A stretch of 64,000 nt of DNA, from NCBI GenBank assembly GCA_964195945.1, contig CAXMRC010000150.1, positions 16,400-80,399 of the forward strand. The letters are read 5' to 3'. A program made the translations under genes and the position numbers. Below are positions 57,233 through 64,000 of this stretch, one piece after another. The DNA is from an uncultured Gemmatimonadales bacterium. Lineage in GTDB: Bacteria > Actinomycetota > Acidimicrobiia > Spongiisociales > UBA5794. Positions within the stretch are counted from its first letter, which is position 1. Every line of letters begins with the position of its first letter. Under the pieces are notes generated by a model that saw only the letters and a program-made list of their open reading frames with translations, was not told the DNA's origin and searched no databases.

Positions 57233-58219
57233 CTAAAGGTCCAGGCGTGATTGGAGCTGTCGCTCGATCTCCGCGACGGTCCACAAGCCCTCGAGGCGAT
57301 ACACGACCTTGCCATCGGGGTCGAGGAAGAAGAGCCAGGGCTCAGATTCCAACCCGAAGGCGGTCATGGCCGGTGACGGCTGGAAGCCGGCGAGCGCCGG
57401 ATCGGGCAAGCCGCTGAATGCCTCGGCGTACACGAAGTTCACCCGGTCGGCGTAGCGGGTCTGCACGTCGCCAACCATGTCGTATACCGGGCCGCAGAAC
57501 CTCGTCTCGCAAAACGCCGGCGTGGCGAGGAGAAACAGCGTGGGGTCGTCGTTGGCAAGAGCCTGGGCGAGACTCTGGCGATGCAGCTCAGGATTAGGCG
57601 ACTCCGCCGAGGTCAGCAGAGCTATGTCGCCGTCAACGTCCTCCAGCGTCGGTGTGTCGAGAGCGGGCGCCACCTCGCCCGGACCGAGAGTGTCCGTGTC
57701 CTCAGCTACCCGGAATCCGATGCTCTGGAACGCAGCCCCGCCATCGCTGAATCGGGCCTCCACCTCCAGCCCCCAGTCGCCGGCCCGGTTGAAGTCACGT
57801 TCGTGGGCGAAGATGGTGGTCAGGCCGTCTGGAGCCACGATTCGCTCGGCATCGACTTCGGATTCCAGGATCGCATTCTCAGGGTCGGTGAGGTCCCAGT
57901 AATGGAAGTGAACGGTGGCATCCGTTATCAGTACACCCTCCGCATCGAAGAGCCCCACGGCGAAGCGCGATGGGCCGACGACCAATTCCGACGGTACCAG
58001 TGCGACCGTCAGAGCGGCGGTCACCTCCTCGGGCGCCAGGTGGACATGCCCATCGTCGCTGTCTTCGTGTGCGTCGACGGTGTTCGACAATGGCTCTCCA
58101 AACTCGTTGCCGCCTTCGTCTGCAGATCCACACGCCGCAACGCTGAGCATCAGGGCGACCAGGATGACGTGTAAAGGTCCGGAGATGGACCGCCTCGATT
58201 GGGGAAGATGGGCTCTCAT
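57233..58219 (-). CDS. Two-domain lipoprotein with C-terminal thioredoxin-fold (SCO/TlpA-like) region
   Basis: Lipobox LMLSVAAC. C-terminal FLLATPAFCETRFCGPV...WLFFLDPDGKVV resembles SCO1/TlpA-type thiol or metal-binding folds. The N-terminal domain is unassigned. 4-nt overlap with the upstream gene. Confidence 0.65.
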   Translation of the reverse strand: MRAHLPQSRRSISGPLHVILVALMLSVAACGSADEGGNEFGEPLSNTVDAHEDSDDGHVHLAPEEVTAALTVALVPSELVVGPSRFAVGLFDAEGVLITDATVHFHYWDLTDPENAILESEVDAERIVAPDGLTTIFAHERDFNRAGDWGLEVEARFSDGGAAFQSIGFRVAEDTDTLGPGEVAPALDTPTLEDVDGDIALLTSAESPNPELHRQSLAQALANDDPTLFLLATPAFCETRFCGPVYDMVGDVQTRYADRVNFVYAEAFSGLPDPALAGFQPSPAMTAFGLESEPWLFFLDPDGKVVYRLEGLWTVAEIERQLQSRLDL

Positions 58220-60291
58220 GTCGCCTCGACGAGGGCAGTCGGGAAAGTCTCAACGGTGGCGTCCAACGAGGCGGCCTCAAAGAACAGTCGGTAAAAGCCG
58301 GCACTCGGTACGTTGAGGGCGATCTCGTAGACGCCGCCTCCGACCGGTGTGGCGGTGAAGCGCTCACTCCAGTTACCGCCTGTTGCGCTGGCTACGACCC
58401 GCAGGTCGGAGACGTCGTCAATCGGCTCGCTGGTCGAAGCGTCCGATAGTTTCACCCGCACTGCGAGAGACTGACCCGCCTCCACCTTGAGCGTTTCCGT
58501 CACGACCTCGAGCTCGGGCGGTCCCGCCGCGCCTGCTGCAGTCGTTAGATCGCTGGGGTTGGCGGTAAATTCGAAGCAGTGCACCACCCTGGGGGAGTCC
58601 AGCAGGAACGCCACCTGGAAAGTGCCTGCGGTCGGAATTCGCAGCTTGCCGGTGAACACGCCGGGTGCGGTCTCGTGCAAGCTGCGGTTGACTAGCTGTG
58701 TTGCTCGCGGGATCAAACCGTGACCCTGGAAGCTGCCGGACGGCCCTTGCGCCCCTTCCGGCAGCAAGTAGATCTGATCATCGGCCGGATTAGCAACGAA
58801 TACTCCGCCCGCGGCGGGAGCCGCCAGCATGGCGCCGGCCGTGGACCTGATCGGAGTGCTAGCCGGAGCCTGCTGTCCGACGGGGATAGTCGCCACCTCG
58901 ACGCCCGCTGCCTCGCCGAGGTCTTGCAGCGAGATGGCCGTAACCTCGGCCGCACCCCGGGACCTGACATAGGCGGTGGTGTCACTGAACGAGATCTCGT
59001 CCGGCGCGCCAGGCACCGGAACCTCGTGGGTGATCGTGCCGCTGGCGACATCGAAGATGAAGACCTTCCCGGCGGCGGGGCTGGCGGCGAATCCCCACCT
59101 CCCGCCCGGTGCAAACTCGACGGAGGTGAGGCCCGGGGCGGCGGCGTACCGTCCGATGACCTCGTGCGACAGGCCGTCCACGATGGCTATGTCGCCGGTC
59201 CCGGCGCTCGCGACGTAGGCGTTGCCGTCGGCCGTTGAGACGGCGACGGCAACCGGAGCGTTCCCAACATCGATCTCGGCGACTTCTTCAAACAGAGAGG
59301 TATCGATTACGGAAAGCGTTCCAGCCGCGCTGTTGGTCGCGAAGGCAAAGCGGCCATCGGGCGAGAAGGCCAACTCGTGATGCCCGGCCCCCGTGGGAAC
59401 ACTCCCGACCACCTCGAGAGTGTTGGGATCGATGGCGGTGACCCCACCGTCGCTGCCGGCAGTGTCATTGCCCACCCAAACTGTGCGCCCGTCTGCAGCC
59501 AGCGCCACCCGCACCGGGTTGGGACCCGCATCGAGATGGCTGAGCACTACAAACCCGTCGAGGTCGGCTATCGCCACCTGGCCGTTGCTGGGAATTGAAA
59601 CGACCAACCGCGATTGGTCATCGGTAATCGCCCAGTCCTCGCCACGCCCGGTAAGCATCATGGACGTGAAAAGCTGGGTGTAGCCGCCGACGTCCACGGT
59701 GGGATCGATCACAGAGATCGATGGACTGTCATTGAGCGCCAGCAGGAAGAAGCCATTGAAGTCGACCAGGGGTCGTTCGGTGAGAGCCCCCGACAGGAAC
59801 CCCGCCACCTGAGCTTCACAGCTCCTCCCTTCTCCGGCGGATTTGTAGTCCATCCACGCCAACGGACGGACCTCGGGGATCGGCTGGCCGGCGTCGTCGG
59901 TGATGTTGAAGATCACCGACGAGTTGGCTCCCTCGACGATCTCTGAAGCGAGATCGGCGCCCCGGCCTCCGATGCCGAGGAAGCTCTGCATGGTGAACTC
60001 GACGGACACCCCGTCCTTGGTCACCTTCTCGTAGTACAGGTCGTCATGGATGGGCTGGCCGTGGTGGTCGAATTCCGCGCCCTCGGCGACCGGCTCCCCG
60101 TGGTCGCCGTGTCCGTCATCGACAGCTTGACCGTCGGTGGTGGCTTCATTTTCGTGGTCGTGGTCGTCTGCGGCGGCGGTGAGCGTATCCGTCTCTTCGT
60201 GATCATGAGCCGCGGGGTCGGGCCCGCCGCAAGCGGCGACCACCAGGGCCAGGGCTAGTAACGCTATTACAGGTCTTGTCGGCTTGGGCAT
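58216..60291 (-). CDS. Lipoprotein with a His-rich N-terminal tract, a YVTN-type beta-propeller and a C-terminal Ig-like domain
   Basis: Lipobox LVVAAC. His-rich region (AAHDHEETD, DDHDHENE, GHGDHGE, FDHHGQPIHDD). Repeated propeller blades (GNAPVAVAVS..NAYVAS, SVEFAPGGRWGFAAS, LAFSPDGRFAFATN). Confidence 0.75.
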   Translation of the reverse strand: MPKPTRPVIALLALALVVAACGGPDPAAHDHEETDTLTAAADDHDHENEATTDGQAVDDGHGDHGEPVAEGAEFDHHGQPIHDDLYYEKVTKDGVSVEFTMQSFLGIGGRGADLASEIVEGANSSVIFNITDDAGQPIPEVRPLAWMDYKSAGEGRSCEAQVAGFLSGALTERPLVDFNGFFLLALNDSPSISVIDPTVDVGGYTQLFTSMMLTGRGEDWAITDDQSRLVVSIPSNGQVAIADLDGFVVLSHLDAGPNPVRVALAADGRTVWVGNDTAGSDGGVTAIDPNTLEVVGSVPTGAGHHELAFSPDGRFAFATNSAAGTLSVIDTSLFEEVAEIDVGNAPVAVAVSTADGNAYVASAGTGDIAIVDGLSHEVIGRYAAAPGLTSVEFAPGGRWGFAASPAAGKVFIFDVASGTITHEVPVPGAPDEISFSDTTAYVRSRGAAEVTAISLQDLGEAAGVEVATIPVGQQAPASTPIRSTAGAMLAAPAAGGVFVANPADDQIYLLPEGAQGPSGSFQGHGLIPRATQLVNRSLHETAPGVFTGKLRIPTAGTFQVAFLLDSPRVVHCFEFTANPSDLTTAAGAAGPPELEVVTETLKVEAGQSLAVRVKLSDASTSEPIDDVSDLRVVASATGGNWSERFTATPVGGGVYEIALNVPSAGFYRLFFEAASLDATVETFPTALVEAT

Positions 60292-60361
60292 AGCTCTTAT
60301 AATCCCAGAATCGTGGGGTGGGTACAGCCCCGCGGAGCTGCACCCACCATCGATCCTTGTG

Positions 60362-63300
60362 TCACTTGACGTCCAGGGTCACCGTGGCGATGTTCGACAC
60401 CGCCCCCGGACTGGTCACCTGGTAGGTGAAGGTGTCCTCGCCGAAGAACGCGTTTCGTCCGTCCGTCGGCAGATATGTGAAGGACCCGTCTGCATTGAGG
60501 GTCACCGTACCGTGTGTGGCGTCGGAGACGAGCTCCGCTGTCATCGGGTCACCTTCCGGGTCGGAGTCGTTGGCCAACACCCCAGGTGCCGACACGTTGG
60601 TGCGCTGCGGGTTTCGCCTGGTCCACGCATTTGCATCGAAGCCGTCGTCCACCGCCGTCGGTGGAAGGTTGGGGTTGTCCGCCGGGTCGGCGAAGCGCAC
60701 GATGCCCCACAGCCCCTGGAACCGGCCAAACGAGCCGATGTCGCTGAATAGGTAGTCACCGGGTACCGCAAACGTGCCACCCGTCTTTCTGGGCACGAAG
60801 TCGAAGTGGCTGGAAGCGCCGATACCTTCCTGGGCACCAGTCCACCACGACCGCATGTTGTGGCGGTTGGCGTTGTGGGTGCTCGCCGACAGGTCCAGGT
60901 GATTGTGGGTGCGGAAATCGTCGCCAATGTCCGCACTGCCGTTCACATACGGTTCCCGCTGCCAGGCATGGCCGTTGATGGTCATCACAATGCCGCGGGC
61001 ATGGCCGCCCGGCTGCACCACCCGCATCCGGAATTGCATGGCGTCCGCATTGCCGTCGCCATCGACGTCTGTGAACGGCTCCGTCGAGACGGTGAACACC
61101 GGCGTCTGCGGGTCTCCCACCGACGTCGGCGTCGGTGCGCCCAGCAGGGGCAGGCTGTTGGAGAACACGTCGAACTGGGTCGCTCCGCGCAGGTTCGCGT
61201 GCTCGAACGGCGTGTTGGGGGCGATACCCAGCCGGAACCACAGCGGCTCGGTGCCGTAGTTGATCCCCTTCTGTCCGGAGTCTTGCGGATCCTCGGGCAC
61301 TCCGCCGCCCTCGGCAGCCACGTTGGGTACGGCGCAGTCCATCGCCGTACCAACCCCGGGACAGCCTCCGCCGTAGCGGAGGTTGACGTCGGTCTGGAGG
61401 ACCGTGACAAACTCCCGGAACGCGGTATCGGTGCCGTCGTTCCACTTCTTGAATACCGTGGCCGAAGCCCGACTGTCGGCGTCTTCGATCCAGGTGGCGT
61501 CCTCGGGTTCGATCACCAGCGCACCCACCAGGCCCTTGTTGGAGCCGGTGATGCGGTCGGCCGGCATCAGGTTGACCACCCCGAACTCCACCGGAGTCGC
61601 CACCAGGGTGACCGAGCCGTCGGGATTGTTGGTCACGCCGATGTCGCCGGCATACCAGGTGTACTTCTTCGAAGCACCGGGTGGCACCAGTTGCGCATCG
61701 GATTGGGTCCCGGTCAAGAACCCGTCGCTGTCGCGAACGTTGTACTCGACAAGCTGGGCGTGGAGCCCGACCAGGCTGGAGGGCGTCAAGTCATTGGCGT
61801 TGAAGGTGGTGATTCCTTGGACACCGTTATTGAGGACGTTCTTGTCCTTGGCCACGATCGGCGGTAGGGCGCTGAACCCGGGCAGGTTCGGGACCACCGT
61901 GGGCAGGGCATTGGTTAGCTCCACCTCTACGCAGTCGCCCGCGTTGGCTCGCAATATGAGCGGCTCGACAGGCACGCCCGGTTTGAGGCCGTTGGGATTG
62001 CCGTCGCCGTCGTAGGTCAGGTCTTCGTTACGGACGTACATCAGCGCGGTCGGGTCGATCAGGGGACCGGCACCTTGCTCCAAACCGGTGGTCGGATCGG
62101 TCACTCCGTTGGTCCGGGTGTTGTACACCAGCCCGTCGGGTCCGAGTACATCTGCTGCCCGCACCGCGGTGACCCGGATGAATCGCTCGGGTGCGATGTT
62201 GGGGCACACTCTCGGCTGAGGATTTCCCCTACCCCTCTTCGGTGGCGTGAACTCGCCGATGTTGGTGATCGTCGGCGTCCCGTTAGCCGAGAAGTCGTTG
62301 TTGGGGAGCGGCAGCAGGTCGGCGCGGGCCCTCCCGTAGCTGCGCAGGATGCCCCACACGCCGTTCCACAGATCCTCGGTTTGGGCACCCATCGTCCACA
62401 TGTAGTCGAGTGTGGCCGGATTGCCGGACCCGATGTCGGGCACCACCGGCATCTCGATGTTGAAGTACTCAGAGATGCCCATGAACTGCGAGTTCCTCCA
62501 GCCGGAGTCGGCGCCGTGTTCCTCCTGACGCCACTTCAGGCCGTGGATGGTCATATTGTGTTCTTCCTCATGGGCCCCGGTCTGGACCCGGAAACGCACT
62601 TTGTCACCCATGTACACCCGCGCCAGTGGTGTGGCCGGGTCACCCGGAAGTACGCCACCGGTCAGCGCCGGATAGGGGATCTGGCCCTGAGTGGTGTTGA
62701 GGTCGGCGATGGCCCGGTCGGTCCGTGTCTCGAAGGCGCGGGCCAGGTCGCCGGCTTCGCCGGCCGTCTGGCCGGGTGCGGCCACGGGCAGACCCGTGTC
62801 CGGGTCGATCACCGTCTTGTCTGGATCGAACACGCGCAGTCCGATGGGCTCGTTGCGGTAATTGACCACATAGGTGCCGGGATCATCGGCCGAGATGGCC
62901 TCCGGACACGGCCGCGGCACCACGTTGCCGGGCACGCTGCCCGGGCACTGGTTCGGGAACCAGAACAGATCGGCCAGCCGATTTGCCGGGGGCTCCTGTC
63001 GCACCGACGGGTTAACGGCGTTGAAGAAGTCGGCATACGAGTTGATCAGGACACCGTCCCCGTTGTCGACCTGCGTCAAGGCACCTTGGCCGGCCTCATA
63101 GGCGTGCTGGAAGTCGGCGAACTCCATGAAGAACTCGCGATGGCTGTTGGCCGGATCCGGCGTAAGGATATCGGCGCGCCAGCTCGTCGGCCCGCCGTCT
63201 TGACGGGCGACGGTGTCGCTGGCTGTCACCTGCGAAGTTTCACCAGGCAGGAACTGCGGACCGGTCTCAGGCACATAGAGCGTGTCGTCGCCAGAGCCGT

Positions 63301-64000
63301 CGAACACGCCACCCATCGTTTCGCCGGTCTCCGGATCGCGCCACGTCGACCCCATTGGCTCGACCAGTACGGTCGAATACAGGCCCACCTGTTGGTGGGT
63401 GGAAGGGCCGTAGTGGTCGTGGGTGAACACCGTGCCCAGACCGCGGTCCCAGCTCTGGGACAGCAGCGGATCGGCGTACCAACGTTGCGCAGTGGTACGA
63501 GCACCCCAGGCGAGGTCACCCACGCCGGGCACATTCTTGAAGTACGGGTGCGCCACCGCCAGCGGGCACGCCGCGGTGGCGAAGTCGTTGACATCGAGCC
63601 GGCGATCGCCGTTGACGTCAACGAAGCCTTCGCCGCACCCGCCGTTGGCGGCCGCGTTGTTGGAGATGGCGTGGATACGCTCTTCCACCTCTTGCGGGCT
63701 CAGGGTGCCGTCCTCGTAGTTCCAACCATTGGCGGAGCCGTCGGCGGAAGTGACATCGAACTTCACCAGGTGGATGTGCTGACCGATGATGTCGGTCGGC
63801 GTCTTCACCTGATAGTCGTCGAGCTCGTAGACGTTGGGCACCAGGTTGGTGTGCCAGAACTCGGCACACTCGGTGGGGTTGAGCCGCATCACGAGCGGCT
63901 CCGGCGCCTTGGCCTCGGTCAACATCGGGCCGACGTCCTCCCACAGCGCCTCAAAGCGCTGCTGTTGGAAGTGCCAGCCGACCTTGTTGAGGGTGATGTC
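60362..64000 (-). CDS. Giant multicopper-oxidase-like secreted protein with non-canonical copper motifs and a C-terminal cadherin-like (VCBS/Big-type) domain. The 5' end runs off the window.
   Basis: The reading frame is open to nt 64000. IGQHIHLVKFDV aligns with the MCO L3 motif (HPxHLHGHxFxV), keeping the two T3 His. THDHYGPSTHQQVGLY aligns with the L4 motif (HCHxxxHxxxGM) with Cys to Asp. There is no HCH anywhere. HEEEHNMTIHGLKW is L1-like. C-terminal GVLANDSDPEGDPMTAELVSDATHGTVTLNADGSFTYLPTDG...DTFTYQV is a cadherin-like repeat. Confidence 0.8.
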   Translation of the reverse strand, partial: DITLNKVGWHFQQQRFEALWEDVGPMLTEAKAPEPLVMRLNPTECAEFWHTNLVPNVYELDDYQVKTPTDIIGQHIHLVKFDVTSADGSANGWNYEDGTLSPQEVEERIHAISNNAAANGGCGEGFVDVNGDRRLDVNDFATAACPLAVAHPYFKNVPGVGDLAWGARTTAQRWYADPLLSQSWDRGLGTVFTHDHYGPSTHQQVGLYSTVLVEPMGSTWRDPETGETMGGVFDGSGDDTLYVPETGPQFLPGETSQVTASDTVARQDGGPTSWRADILTPDPANSHREFFMEFADFQHAYEAGQGALTQVDNGDGVLINSYADFFNAVNPSVRQEPPANRLADLFWFPNQCPGSVPGNVVPRPCPEAISADDPGTYVVNYRNEPIGLRVFDPDKTVIDPDTGLPVAAPGQTAGEAGDLARAFETRTDRAIADLNTTQGQIPYPALTGGVLPGDPATPLARVYMGDKVRFRVQTGAHEEEHNMTIHGLKWRQEEHGADSGWRNSQFMGISEYFNIEMPVVPDIGSGNPATLDYMWTMGAQTEDLWNGVWGILRSYGRARADLLPLPNNDFSANGTPTITNIGEFTPPKRGRGNPQPRVCPNIAPERFIRVTAVRAADVLGPDGLVYNTRTNGVTDPTTGLEQGAGPLIDPTALMYVRNEDLTYDGDGNPNGLKPGVPVEPLILRANAGDCVEVELTNALPTVVPNLPGFSALPPIVAKDKNVLNNGVQGITTFNANDLTPSSLVGLHAQLVEYNVRDSDGFLTGTQSDAQLVPPGASKKYTWYAGDIGVTNNPDGSVTLVATPVEFGVVNLMPADRITGSNKGLVGALVIEPEDATWIEDADSRASATVFKKWNDGTDTAFREFVTVLQTDVNLRYGGGCPGVGTAMDCAVPNVAAEGGGVPEDPQDSGQKGINYGTEPLWFRLGIAPNTPFEHANLRGATQFDVFSNSLPLLGAPTPTSVGDPQTPVFTVSTEPFTDVDGDGNADAMQFRMRVVQPGGHARGIVMTINGHAWQREPYVNGSADIGDDFRTHNHLDLSASTHNANRHNMRSWWTGAQEGIGASSHFDFVPRKTGGTFAVPGDYLFSDIGSFGRFQGLWGIVRFADPADNPNLPPTAVDDGFDANAWTRRNPQRTNVSAPGVLANDSDPEGDPMTAELVSDATHGTVTLNADGSFTYLPTDGRNAFFGEDTFTYQVTSPGAVSNIATVTLDVK

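Noticed and set aside
60806-61867. 353-aa plus-strand ORF
   Set aside because: It is antisense to the multicopper-oxidase-like gene and has Arg/Gly/Val-rich antisense composition.

Overview
The window is a high-GC (about 65%) chromosomal segment that looks actinobacterial and is densely packed with about 65 protein-coding genes. No rRNA, tRNA, CRISPR array or mobile element could be supported from the sequence.

The gene order gcvT / small conserved protein / MerR / DUF151 nuclease / hpt / D-Ala-D-Ala carboxypeptidase / MerR / garA (FHA) / gcvH / pgsA matches the conserved actinobacterial glycine-cleavage/GarA neighbourhood.

Other recognisable blocks:
- a sensor histidine kinase;
- kynureninase with a DUF1684 protein, an ApbE flavin transferase and an M24 peptidase;
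- ribokinase;
- a Na/Pi cotransporter;
- two acyl-CoA dehydrogenases with maf;
- RNase HII with yqgE;
- adenosine deaminase and polyphosphate glucokinase;
- MgtC;
- a BMP-lipoprotein/ABC nucleoside-type uptake operon ending in a yeast-Fcy1-type cytosine deaminase;
- cytochrome bd oxidase cydAB followed by a membrane cytochrome c;
- a stress island: USP / SERCA- or CtpF-like P-type ATPase / USP / two tandem TraR/DksA zinc-finger genes / a wHTH regulator;
- a secreted calcium-binding-repeat protein;
- an amidohydrolase with a discoidin domain, plus a truncated paralog.

The most unusual content is at the 3' end, where three secreted proteins are co-directional on the minus strand:
- a thioredoxin-fold lipoprotein;
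- a His-rich YVTN beta-propeller lipoprotein;
- a giant (more than 1200 aa, 5'-partial) multicopper-oxidase-like protein that keeps the trinuclear-cluster His motifs but has no HCH type-1 cysteine motif, and ends in a cadherin-like domain.

Two distant secreted proteins share a Cys-containing variant of the S-layer-homology (SLH) repeat, in which the usual GY-DGTF-P core is replaced by GCNPPxNxxFCP. One is a Pmp-like (GGAI/FxxN repeat) beta-helix protein; the other is a jelly-roll/lyase-like protein.

Other notable points:
- an in-CDS frameshift in a Ddn-like F420-dependent nitroreductase;
- a gcvPA remnant beside intact gcvT;
- an unannotated 32-aa Lys-rich ORF upstream of mgtC;
- several perfect inverted repeats in promoter regions.

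Gene coordinates take the six-frame table as authoritative and correct start codons by inspection. The text near 53100 appeared off by one base against the table when re-translated, so positions derived from the text there may be off by +/-1.
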